A stretch of DNA of 64,000 bases from Camelus ferus (lineage: Eukaryota): NCBI RefSeq assembly GCF_009834535.1, contig NC_045696.1:82834001-82898000 (forward strand), written 5' to 3'. Both the position numbers and the translations under genes were made by a program. Under the pieces are notes generated by a model that saw only the letters and a program-made list of their open reading frames with translations, was not told where the DNA came from and made no database searches. Shown here in pieces: positions 37,793-49,834 of the stretch (within the stretch, counting starts at the first letter, position 1; each line of letters opens with the position of its first letter).

Positions 37793-40700
37793 CTCCATTT
37801 CCATCTCCACCTCACTCTTTCTTTTTCTTCACAATAGTTGAACATTAGTAACTTAAATGTATATCTGTTACGTTATAAGGCCACTGGGCTTTGTAAGAGT
37901 GAAATTTAGCAAAATATACTTTATAAAGACTTTTAATGACTTTCAAAATATTCCGGCATTGGTTACAAGGAGATATGTACAGGAAATGATAAACATTTAT
38001 CATGGTAATTTCTTTGGTGATGACAACACAAAATTAACACAAACGAACATGTTACATAGCTGAAGGACTTAGTGAATCATTTAAATTTGATTCATCCAAC
38101 TCTTTTAGAGTACATACAAACTTTCTTAGCTCTTGTAAGAATGGAAATAGGGAGGAAGAATATAAAACTGTGTAAGATACAATGTAATATGACACAAAGG
38201 CATGAATTTAAAATTTTAAATCTGTAGTCATTTCGATCTTACCTTCCTAGGCTCATAATTTTGATTTTCTCCATCTCATGACTGGGTTCCATGGTTTATT
38301 TGTAAATTGATAGTCCAGATCATATTCAGAGAGAAATTATGTGTGAACCAAGGTGCGTTTTTTTTTTCTCTTTAAGTATTCACGTTCCTTCTGGCATTCT
38401 TCCTGATAGTTGTAGGCACTACATTAGCAAGCCTAGATTTGTTCTCCAGCCAAGAACTACATACCAAAACACAAATACCTTTGAGAATCTACATCTTGGA
38501 AATTCACCAGTACTTAATTCTGGAGTTTATAGACAGGCTATATTAGGATTTTATTTGAAGCTGAAGAATTGACTCAACAAAATTTACAGAAAGATATTTT
38601 TAAAGCCACACCTGAAATCATGTCCATATTTTCATAATGATACTGAGATTTTGTTGGTACTTCAACCACTGTTGGAATATTCTGACATTTTACCATCTGA
38701 TATGTATCAAAAGATGTGACACCCATTAAATGGATTATAAGCCTCACATTTTCCTGGCTGTATAGAGTTTTTATTTTTTTATTTTTAAAGTGTCTGGCCA
38801 TGGTTATTGGCATAATAAAATGGAATTTTAGGGTTTCCAACATAGAGAAAAGATAAATGTTTCACTGAATCATTGGTAAGAACTTAGCATATTGACTATT
38901 TTTTGATAATTCTGCAACAGGGACATGACAACTAGCACCTACTGTCAGAATGTGGAAGTGGAATGGTAATTCTGGGCCAGAACTGCCTTGCCATCCCTCC
39001 CCTGTGTTCAGCGTATGCCTCTTTAGTTAGAAGCCAGCACTTTCAATAGATCACGAATTAATCACGGTCATCAGTGCTCTTTACCAAGAAGACTGTGTGG
39101 ATGCTCCTGTGAAATGTTCTGTTCCTCAGGATGATGAGTTAATTCATCTGGAACAACGTTAGTTCATCAAGGTTTGTGGTTTATGTGAGGATCAAATTCC
39201 TGTAATTTTGTATGCCGTCTGATTTAATGTCCACTTAGTTTAGCAGTTAGACAGCCATCAGCCACCTGAATCCAATATCAAAAACTGAAGAAAAAGCCAA
39301 TTCTTAAACATTTAATTCAGGCATTTATAGACTTAAGATTAAATGACTGCTTTTCTTTCTCCTGAGGAAACACATATCTAGATAATGCCAAATCTTATTA
39401 AGAAAAGCCTAAATAATATAAAACATTGTGTGTCCATATGCTCATGATAAAAACCTATGCTGTAGTAGGGCTTGTAATGGAAGAGGAGAGGAAAGGGTGG
39501 GTTGATTCTGAAATGAAACTATACACGTTCCTTTGGAAGGTTCTCCTACCATATACTCAAGTAAAATTACAGCAGTTCGCAGGCAAAGGATTCACTGGCT
39601 AGAGTTACTGATAACCTACTTTCTTTGTGAGCCTGATAGACCTTCCAGATGCTTTCAAATTCAATGAAAAGTTGAGGCTTGATTTTGTCTCTCTGTATCT
39701 ATAACTATTTTTTTGATCAATAGTGAACAGTCAATTGATAGAAAACTATTTAGGAGAATTCTTTGTCTAGTTTCAAGCTTTGCTGAAATAGATGCAAAGT
39801 AATATAAAGCTTTATTTCCCTCTTAGGTGTTCTTTAAGGTGGAAGGGGAAAGCAGTTTTCCTATCTTGGTTGGCACCCCCAAAACAAGAAATAGGTTTCT
39901 ATACTGAAGGACTTCTTACACTTTGAGAGTCTCAGAGCATTTACCATGTTGATGTTCATTGTGAAGTTCCAAGTGGGAGCTATCTTGACCTCCTCTGACC
40001 ACAGAGCATATTTTCAGGGACTACCTGGTAACAAGTCAGTGGTGTGAAGCGTACTTCTTGCTGTCAGACAGCTTTGGGGTAGATGGGCAGATGACAGAAG
40101 TATCCCAAATGACCCTAAATATGATGACTGACTAGTAAATGACTTTAATAATGAGTACCATAAGCACTTCAAGGAAGGGAGCCTGGAGGGCTGTGAACGA
40201 GCTTGATAAATAGAACTCTGACTTCTCTTCCTTGATCTATTGTTGCATCTTCTGAATGCTGTGAATATCGAAAATAAGTAGAGCCAAAGGGCCTGCGCGA
40301 ACACAGTTCAAAGACCAAGAGCTTCTACTTACATTCCGAGTTGTTAACCAGAGCCAAAGATTTGCTTAAAGGGACGAATCTGAAAATGGGTCTGGAAAGA
40401 GAAGTTTGACGCCTAGTTGTAGAGGAGATTGCGTTTTGAATTAAAAGCTTTATTTTCTAGCAAATCAGGAACAACTGGAGTTTTTGTTAGTGTGGTTTTT
40501 CTTTTTTTACCTTTTGTCTCTAGGTGAAGCAAAACATTGTCTTAAGTTTGTTACTCAGGAAGACTAATTTTTGGTGATGCCACCGAATTCGGGCCTAAAA
40601 CGACAAGGGTCTTCATTAGGCCAGAGCAGTGGGAAAGTGAAGGCCCTGGAGAGACAATTTAGCAGACTCACCAAACCAGCAACTGCTCACTGGGAAGGAG

Positions 40701-41359
40701 GAGACAGAAGGCACCCCAGGTGTTGTCCAGGGTTGGTGCCCGGGTAAAGGCCAACCCAGGTAGTTGGTATGGAAACATCAATATGGGTGGATGGGGAAGC
40801 AATAAAATGCTTCTCCTGGGACACAGCAGTGATGGAAATTTCTCTCTCTAAATTCCCTAGGAGAATTATCAGTGCATCAATTGATCCCCATGGGGGAACA
40901 GTGGTAAACAGTCCAGTTTCCTTGGATAGTAAATATAACAATGCCTCCTACATTTAGCCATCATTAATTCATCCTTGCAAGAGCAGTTCAAAGATAGTTT
41001 GGCCTATTATGAAAAGATGCTATACTCAAGATGTGAGTATGAATAAAATTTGATTCCATCCTTAAGAATCTTACAGTGACTCTTAAGAAGGACCACTGGG
41101 GATTTTAATCATGATTACTGAAAGGCATTACAGATACAACTGTAAGGTGAGGTGGAACTGGGCATCAGCCAGGAGAGAAGCACAGATGACTTGGGATAAA
41201 AGATGGAATGGTCAAACCTGGTTGGTAGGGATCAGTGGGCATAAAAAATGGGTGGCTTTGAAGGCTTGGTAAGATTTTATCCAAGATAATCAAGGCAAAA
41301 TAAAGTATAAGCTGAGGAACAATAATGATTAGAATTACATTTATATTAGCAATACTGAT

Positions 41360-41810
41360 AATAATAATAGCTACTTTTAATTGATTGTACACTACGTGCC
41401 ATGTATGATTCGAAGTGATTAACATACATTGCCTCATTTCATTTTCCAAAAAAATAGAATGAGCTTATACTGAATTGTGGGGCGACTGGAACACAGTGAC
41501 GTTTAAGCAGGCGAGTGCGTGACAGTTGCCACGTGGGCAGATTAGTGGTGTTGAATATAAACTGGTGGGGGGCGGGTAACTGTTGGTCAGCATAGGAAGT
41601 CACTGTGATCATTCTCACTAGACATATCAAACATCCAAGCTAAGCATCCAGACTTGATAGGAATGAAAATCATGGAAGGACCTGATACATTTTTTCACCA
41701 AACACTTACTGAATACCTACTACACACCTGGTGTTATGTTAGGCCCCAGGCAATAGGGGCAAATGAGATAAACCCAATTCCTGCCTCCCCACCCCAGTAC
41801 AGTCCACCAG
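41360..41810 (-). mobile_element. MIR fragment followed by an L2 3' fragment
   Basis: ATAATAATAGCTACTTTTAATTGA...ACTACGTGCCA (MIR); CAAACACTTACTGAATACCTACTACACACCTGG (L2 end). Confidence 0.6.
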
Positions 41811-42279
41811 AGGGCATTGTCAAGAATAAATTTCTGGACCTGGATGACAAATACTGGCCTAAGATTAGTCCAGCGTGTATGTGTGTGGCCCCTACTCTGG
41901 TTTTTAGGGTTCTTGGGTCTCAGTGGTATCTCACCCCCATCTCAGAATTCTCCCTCTTACTGATTGGCAGAGAACACAGTCGGGGGGACAGAGCAAACTC
42001 AGCTGCAAGCCAGACAGAGACAGACATCTTCGAGGGTAGCACAGTTTGAGAGAAAAAAACATTTTTCTTAAAATTCTTCTCTTCCATAGGTCAGGGTAAG
42101 GATTAGGGCAGCTGACATTGGAATGGGAGAAAGAGGATAGAAAAATACTTAGACCTTGCCATTCCGCAAAATATCAACCAGACTATCTTCCTCATTATGT
42201 GTGTACGTAAGTCCATTCTAACCCATTACACAAGCACAAAAACTGTGAAACTTACAGTGTTTTGACCTGTTCCCACGAA

Positions 42280-42460
42280 CTCAAAGCAGTTCATGCTCAC
42301 ATTACCCAATTTATTTTCCCAACACTCTTATTAGGCTGATATTATGAAACTATCATAGAAACCAACTCAAAGGTTAAGTGACTTACCCAAAGGCACACAG
42401 CTAGGAGGGGAGACAGGAGCAGAGAAAGGTCTTCCAACTCACTTTTTCCACACGATCATG
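42280..42460 (-). mobile_element. MIR SINE
   Basis: AGGTTAAGTGACTTACCCAAAGGCACACAGCTAG. Confidence 0.7.
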
Positions 42461-45400
42461 AATCTGAAATGGTGTTTCTAAAGTCTCAAGAAAGAAGCTG
42501 ATCCTGGATTTATTACATAATGTGCTAAATGCTGTCTTGAAAGATTTAATTAATTTAAATTCATAAAATAATAAAAAAAATTAATTCCCAGCAGTGGGGT
42601 TTAATTCCAGACTCCTTAATTTAGTGCCATGATTCTTTGATCTAAAGTTAGGAAGAATGAAGGGATTTGGCTTTTTGAGACTAATCATAATCGAGATCCA
42701 AGTTATCTTCTATACGATAAAAAAGATAATAGTCATTTTTGCTCAGTGATCTAAAAACGATTATAATCTGAACAATCAGATTAATGTGCTATGTATTTTT
42801 GTGAATATTTATTCTCAGTTTTATGAATATTTATTTACTCATCTTTTTTTTTTTCTTGAATGTATCTCTAAATGCATACGCATCATCATATTGCACATCT
42901 CTACTTTCGGTGGATAAGAAAGAGAAAAACAGTGGTGTTTTTGTCTCTCTTTCTCCACCAAAATTTTACTACAATATATTTTATTTAAGTTTTTATTTTA
43001 TCACAGTGTTTTCATTTAAACTTGGTATAAATTTGTTGTTGTTGTTTTGCTTCAGCCACAAAATAACCACTCAGCGTAATAGCTTAGGACTGAAATACAT
43101 CAAAATAGCCCAACAAAAAATATTTTAAATATGGCAGCCTTAATTGGAGTTTAGGAAATAAATCTTTGAGTATAATAATTTATTCACTAGAGCTGTTGTC
43201 TCAGCAAAGTATTTCATCTTAGTTTCCAAAGAGCTGCTAGTCATTACTAAATATATTTAAAGTCGAAGCAAAAAAAAAAAAAAATTACTTTCATCCTGGC
43301 CAAATATCCTATAAAATACTCAACTGTTAAGAAAGTCGTCTGCATTTTTTAAAAAAGATCAGATAGGTGATTATGTTTGTGTAGTTGATTAATAAAAAGG
43401 GAAGTAGGTAATGGTTCACTGGGGAAACTTTTCTATCACAGTATCTGTTATGAGGTATCCCATGCTGTAGGCACAATAACGGGGTGCTAATTCTGAACGC
43501 ACACAGGGCCGTCCTACAAAGACATCGAGATTTGTAGGAAATCAACCCTCCAGCAGTCCTGGCAAGCCAGACTGACCCCAGCAAATGAAAATAATCAAAA
43601 GTAATTAGAAGCGTGCTGGACTACTCCTCGGAGAGCCGGGCGGGAGAGTAAACATGCCTGAATCCTCGAGCCACTGCAAAGGCCCATGTCTGAGCTGTTA
43701 GGTGCCCTGACCTTGTCCACATAAAGATGTGATTTATGAAGTGCAGGGCACAGCAGCAGGGCTTCTGTCTTCTCCTGGAGAACCAAATTACTGAGGTGGA
43801 GATTAACATGCTTTCAGTCGGGCCCATTTCCAGACCAAGGGAAATTTTTTATTTACATTTTTTTTTTACCTTTAATTTCCTCTTTTCCTTTTTTAAGTCT
43901 TCCCACTCCCATAGATTAAAAAAAAAAGTCCATCAAGAGAGACCAGAAATATCTCTCTTGAGCAGTGTTAATGTGTGTTGACTGTGGTCACTCAGAGCTC
44001 TGTTTGTTTGTAAACTCTTATTGCGGGCAACTGCTTTGCTGGGTCTACCCAGCCAACATCACAGAATACACCTTCAAGTTTAGGGAGCCAAGCCTGTAGA
44101 ATACGGCCCTGATTAAAATAAATACATTAAAATTAAACATAATTTTACCTTTGACTCCATGGCTTTCCGATCTAGTTTCTTTTACTTAAACATGATGCAT
44201 CATTACAAGGTTTACTCTACTAAGTAGAAAAAACTTGAAAGAAAAAATTGTAGGTGGTCAAGAATTTGGAGGGAAAGAAAGAGGAGAGACAAACTGGAGT
44301 TTCTGTATTGGGAGAAATATTTATATGCAGGAATCAGTGGGGAGTCTCTTGAGTCCTAAAGATACACCTATATTTTTTTCTTATCTTTGTCTCAATTAAA
44401 TGGTAAGATCTTACAAAATACGATTCTAACGTGGAAAAGGAAGCATTGATTTTCTTTTTAAACACTCATCAATATCCATACAGGAAGCTAATTTAATTAG
44501 CAAGCAGTTATTGTTCAGCCAAATGTCAATTTCTCAGATTATTTCATGCTTCTTGACATGCACTGTATGCAACAGGATTTCACAGGATCTCCATGAATGA
44601 AACTGCGCTTGAGAAATGTAAAAATGCACTTGTATGTTCTTGAAAAGCTACAAAAAAAAAAAAACCCCAAAAAACCAAAAACGGTGTTAAGACAAAAATG
44701 TCAGGCTTGCCGTTCAGTGTATATTTAGCCTCCTCAAGAAACCCAAAGCTGCAGAATTAAGGGAACTCTACTTAGGCTGAGGTTATAAAGTGCCTTCCTC
44801 TATAAACTAAAAACATAATGTCAGGGTGAATGGGAACATACTTTATTAACTTTATGGTATTGAAAACTGCCAGCAAGTTGTCTTGTTTTTAAATATTGTC
44901 CTCTGCAGAGTGTTACAGGGCTGTTTGTCCACAGGAAGCCTATTAAAAGTGGACAGTGCAGTCATTTCATCTGGCTTTGGCTGGACTGCTTTTCTTTCCT
45001 TTAATGATGTGCTGGAATGTACCATGCCCATAGGGTCTCCATTAGCAGAACTTTTACTTCTGGGACAACCATGAAGTTTAAGGCTTAAAAGAGGCATCAG
45101 CTTACAGTCTTGTGGGAATCACTTGAATACTGGAGCACTAACTTCTTACTGCTCTAACTAATATATTGACTTATTTTAAATAAACAGTTACACAATGAAG
45201 ACAGAGCCAGTGGCCTTATTGGAAATCTTTGAGCCTGTTAAAGATTCTGCAATTTGTGCAGATGGGGGGAGGAAGGAAGGGGCCTGAGGAGGGTTTATGC
45301 CCTTTTCAGACCAGGAAGAAAACACATTAACCTCTCCCACCCCAGCCCTGCCATCAGCCAAAGGGGGATCTTTACAGCTCCCAGAAAATCTATCAACTCA

Positions 45401-46326
45401 CACTCAAACCTCATATTTTCCAATGCCTTTTTCCTGGTAAACAACAATTAACAGAACAGGACAGAAAAAACAATCATTCCTTCTGGAAAATGTTTTTAAA
45501 ATATGATTTAAAAAAAAAAGACATTGCTGACAAATCACTCGATGTTCTGCTTTTAAGCTTTACATTTGTTGCTGTATGTTCTCCTAGTTGGTCCCCTTAA
45601 TATTTAGATCATCTGTCCTGATACATGTTTGCAAATTAAAGCTGGTTTGAGATTATAGCAAAACCATTATTTTTAATAGCCCATTTCAAGGGCAGCGCTA
45701 AACACTGCAGAACACGCATGTTACTGATTACTGCTGAGCAGACAGCGGCTTTTGCAGATTAATTTGTAACTGGGAACTACTGTAAACAGATTTCACCAGA
45801 AATCCCGGGGAATAAAGGGAATTGGTGGTGGTATTTGTCTCCTTGTATTTATTTATTGTTTTAGAAACCTCCTGATGGAAAGCGAGCTAACCGGGGAGAA
45901 AACCGCCCTGCTGCAAAAACCTTTTCCTCCAGCCCTCCATCTCCTCTTCCACGTCAGTTTTGATCAGGGGAGGCAGGTCAGGGTCTTCTCCTAAAAGCTT
46001 ATTATTTGAATAGCCAGAGGCTCCTTTCATGAGAAATAAGGCCCTTCTAGCTACTCTGGGATATCAGGACCCTATTTTTAAACTTCAAGTTGTGTCAGGA
46101 AAAAGCGAGGTGATTGCTTTTACATGAAGTTATTATATAATCAAAGAGTAGAGGGGGCGTGGTGGGGAAGGAGAGGGAGAGGGAGCGGAGAGAAAGAAAC
46201 ATTGAGATTTGATGTTTGCCCAAGTCCTTTAGTCTTTCTCACAAGTTATTCAGTAGAGAATAAGACTGATGATGATAATATTAATAAATAATAATGATGA
46301 GGCCAAATAACCCCCTATCTCTCTAG

Positions 46327-46590
46327 ATCAATCTTCCAAGGACTAGGGAGAAAGTGTTAACTCTTTTGGCTCTATTTGGGGAAGAGAAATTCATACGTAG
46401 AAATAGCCTTAGCTCAGGCCGGTGTCTGCGGTTCTGGACTGCGGGGTGCACTCGTCCGGACCTGAGGCTCGGGAAGGCGCGGGAAGACGCGGGATCCCGC
46501 GCCAGGCGGAGGGCAGAGCCTGGCTGCTCGCGCCCGGCGGGCGGCAGAGGGTTCACCTGGGTGGCTGGAGCCGCGGGCGCCGCCACTTAA
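46327..46590 (+). other. MECOM: Orthologue of the MDS1-specific terminal exon (coding part to the first in-frame stop), frameshifted relative to human
   Basis: Acceptor ccccctatctctctAG at 46326. The exon frame starts INLPRTR (recalled human VHLPRSR). The +1 frame from 46367 reads WLYLGKRNSYVEIALAQAGVCGSGLRGALVRT*, versus recalled human WLYLGKRSSDVGIAFSQADVYMPGLQCAFLS* (17/31 identical). Confidence 0.8.
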
Positions 46591-46900
46591 TTCGGGGCGC
46601 AACGCCATCTACCGGCGTCATGACGCACCTGCAAATACCCAGACCTTGAAAGTCGCCCCGCCTCCCCCACCCGAACCCAATATAAGGGAAAAAAACTTGG
46701 AGGCCCTTTCCACGAAATCTTAATTTAGCCAGGACCTGCCACTGATTCCATGCGACCTTTTGTTTATCCACCGACGTTTCCTCCTTTTCAGAACAGCTTT
46801 GTAAAGGGCAAGGAGGTGGGGGCCAGGGGCTAGGGCTGGGGATTGGGGCGCTGAGCTCTCAGACCCCCTGATCAGGCCGCACTGTCTGAAGCAATCGGTT
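46400..46900. promoter_or_regulatory. CpG-rich island upstream of the EVI1 promoter
   Basis: GC-rich with dense CpG (e.g. ggcgcgggaagacgcgggatcccgcgcc) against an AT-rich, CpG-poor background. Confidence 0.8.
46603..46615 (-). promoter_or_regulatory. CTCF core motif about 2-2.7 kb upstream of the EVI1 first exons
   Basis: The minus strand reads CCGGTAGATGGCG, a full match to CCRSYAGRKGGCR, inside the CpG island. Confidence 0.75.
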
Positions 46901-48278
46901 CCCCAGATTACTTGTATTTAATACACAATGCATCATAAAACAAATCCCTCATCCTGACAGGAAGAAAATAGAACAGCTCATAGCTTGAGCCGGTCCAATT
47001 TATGGCTAAATTAAAAAAAAAAAAAAAAGGCTCCTACAATGGGCAAGTTGAGGAAGGGCAGGAAATCAATGGCAGCAAACCGGGAGCTCTTAAAGGTTCT
47101 CAAGCGCCGAACTCTATGGGAATATCTGACCGGGTTTTAGGTTATTTACAAAGGATTTTTCCTGTCCTACCTACCACTGCTGTGCGATTTTCCCTCAAAC
47201 AATGGCCATTATCTGAAATAACAGTTCAATGTCACAGATAACAGGCCCCCGAAACGAATTAGTCACCACCTCTTGTCATTTTCTCCCCCCCCCCGACATC
47301 CCTCCTTTTTGTTACTATTTTTGTTTTTAAATCAGCATTTTGGGGAAATATAGACCTACTAGATTTACACGTCTATTTGTTCTTGGAAAAAACAAAAAGG
47401 GACTTGTACTGTCCCCGTTTGCAGATGAAGTTTAACATAAACGGGCTTTCCATCCCCTCCTTCTCCACCTCCCCTCAAGTGTCCCTTGACTCGCTTACTT
47501 TGCTTAACTTTCCATTGTTGAGCTGAGAAATTGGGTTTTGTTCATTTGTTTTTATGAATGAAGTTTTGTGATAAAAAGCGTTTATTTCCATTTAACCAAA
47601 GGATTTTGCTAAAATTTCCAAGGTTGGCTAAAGGAAATCTTTAGACCCTTTTATTCTGTCACACATTCCCTATATTCTTCCTTCCCATGTTGTTTCTGAA
47701 ATGTGTTGATAAAAACTGACCATATATTAGAAAGTTAGGAATCACCGTATGGTGCTGATCCTTCCAGACAACATTCATGATGTTAAAAGTTTAAAAAAAT
47801 AATCTGAGTTATCAAATTGCTTAATTACACTTTGGGGCGTTCACGATATTTTAGTTAATGTATCAGAGAATATGGCAAAAACTCACCAGACAATCGTCAA
47901 CCTCTTTTAGCCCATAATACACTACTTGGGCAAGTTGTATGTAAATAATGTTTCAGGTTTTTCAATTCCTTCTTCTAAGAAAAATCCGTTTTAAAAAGTA
48001 CCATACTCTTCTGCTCACCTAACTATAATAATGGAGGGAGTACATTAGAGTACGAATTTCAGTGATAATAATAAATATTTAGCAGAAAACTAGAAATGTC
48101 CATTTCAACTTTTTAGGCTACTGTTTTCTGAGAATTTCTGAACTAATTCTGTTTAGCGTGAGCCAGCGTCTCTGTACCCTAACCTCATCCTCGCCCCCTG
48201 CAGCGCCCCACCCCCAGCCTTGGTGCACACACCCTCACACCCCGAAAGCACTTCTCCACCCCATCACTCCCATCCCCC

Positions 48279-48280
<2 letters not shown>

Positions 48281-48332
<52 letters not shown>
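48281..48332. repeat. (CA)26 perfect microsatellite in the EVI1 promoter region
   Basis: Uninterrupted CA repeat read directly. Confidence 0.97.
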
Positions 48333-48335
<3 letters not shown>

Positions 48336-48399
48336 GCACACTTACTCTTGTGCTTTCAGGACACCGAAACACAGGATATTTCCCTGGGGAAAGAAATCC

Positions 48400-49340
48400 T
48401 GCCTGGCGAGATCTCCCCATTGGTTGTTTACCCAGAGAAATCTACATGTTTAAGGGGGATGGCGCATCCATAATCAGTCTGTCCCTATAGGACTGGGTCT
48501 TGGCGACCTTTTTGTGACCTCTCCCTCCAGAGGAGGCTGCTGTCACTTTAAAAATTTACTGAAAGAGGAGCCCGTCTGGCTTCCGATCACTCTGGGCGGC
48601 GGGAGATAGCTCCCTTTCTCCCTCGCCCCGGGTTCTTTCTGGATGGCCGAGCAGATCCTCTTTAAAGAGACAGTCCATGAAATAGAAACCCGGCGGCTGA
48701 GCTAGGAGTTGCGAAAGGGGACGATCCCGTGAGGGTCTAGGACCGGGGAAGGAGCTGCTGAGGATCAGAAAGGGGGCTAGAGCTCCCCTCGCCTCCCCAG
48801 GCCCCCCACCTTTTCAAACTCCCTCCTCCTGCCTGTATTTTCCCCCACCCCCCCAACCCCCCCGTGGAACTGGGAGAGAGAAGTGGAAGAAGTTTTAGTG
48901 GGTTTCAGATAACTTTCATTACACATCGGGCTGATAAGAGCAAGAGAAAGTGAGAAAAGAGGGAGGTGATGTGAACCAGAAGGAATAGCTCGGAGCTCAT
49001 TTAGGAAGGGGGAAAAAAGCCAAAACACACCAAACCCGGGTCACTTCAGACGAGAGGAGACTTCATTTCTGGTCTTAAAAATACACTGTTGGCGGACAAT
49101 AAATCTGAAACGCGTGGTCCTGGCAAGCAGATCCCAGAGACGGACAAAGTTATCAGAGACCATTCGGAAATCGAGACGCGAGGCTTTTTTTTTTTTTTTT
49201 CCGTAATATTTCGAAATGTGGCTCGGGATCGTATGAAAGGACTTTCGTGCAGGAAAGCTGGGGGCTGCTGATCCTTATATTTTGTTTAATTCTTCTGTGA
49301 TTGCCTTTTATTGCTGAGTTGAGGCCATAGAAATCTGAAG
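48400..49340 (+). other. MECOM: EVI1 non-coding exon 1a (3' end firm, 5' end approximate)
   Basis: Strong donor AAG|GTAAGA at 49341, preceded by TATTGCTGAGTTGAGGCCATAGAAATCTGAAG, which matches the recalled human EVI1_1a 3' end. The TSS cannot be determined from sequence. Confidence 0.7.
48495..48520 (-). promoter_or_regulatory. Composite IR3/DR5 retinoic-acid response element
   Basis: The minus strand reads AGGTCA-caaaa-AGGTCG (DR5, 48504-48520). GGGTCT-tgg-CGACCT forms an overlapping imperfect inverted repeat. An IR/DR RARE is described for human EVI1 exon 1a. Confidence 0.75.
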
Positions 49341-49439
49341 GTAAGAGAACTCACTTTAAAAAAAAAAAAAGTCTTGGCGATGCGCATAGTTTGTAACTTC
49401 GGACAGTTTCCTGCCTTGGCACCCCTTCTCCGGGGCGCC

Positions 49440-49567
49440 CCCCGCCCCCCAGCCTTCTTTTCCTACTTGCCCGCAGTCTCGCGGAGCCCTGTGCTTATCT
49501 ACGTCGCTGGGACTGGCGATTTCCTTGTTCCTCCTGTGCAACGGTGCGGTCTGGACGCGTCTCCGGG
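49440..49567 (+). other. MECOM: EVI1 non-coding exon 1b (5' end approximate)
   Basis: TGCGGTCTGGACGCGTCTCCGGG followed by donor GTGGGT at 49568; matches the recalled human EVI1_1b 3' end. Confidence 0.7.
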
Positions 49568-49754
49568 GTGGGTCGTCCGGCCTTCGGTGGGTCTCTCTGC
49601 CGGCTGTCGGCCTCCTTTCCTCGCGCTCTTCTCCTGCTTCCCCTCCCTCCGTGTGTCTGTCCGTCGGTATCAGGGACGCAGAAGGTGGGGTTGCCAAAAT
49701 CTGAATTCCTGGCACCGGCCACGCGACTTTGGAGCCGCTTTCGGCCGAGTTCCA

Positions 49755-49834
49755 CCTTGCCAAGTAATAGCTTTGCTGTCCAACATCGTGTGCTGCTTCG
49801 CGAGAAAGTCACATTCGGACCCTTTGGCGAGATT
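49755..49834 (+). other. MECOM: EVI1 non-coding exon 1c (also the first exon of the 1d variant)
   Basis: CCTTGCCAAGTAATAGCTTTGCTGTCCAACATCGTGTGCTGCTTCGCGAGAAAGTCACATTCGGACCCTTTGGCGAGATT matches a recalled human EVI1 transcript 5' end. The GT donor at 49835 is weak (GTGGGG). Confidence 0.7.

Noticed and set aside
48158..48490. ORFs with HTHTHT / CVCVCV runs
   Set aside because: These are translations of the (CA)n microsatellite.
48729..48734. Possible splice donor CCC|GTGAGG
   Set aside because: Weak exonic context, and I cannot tie it to a known EVI1 exon end.
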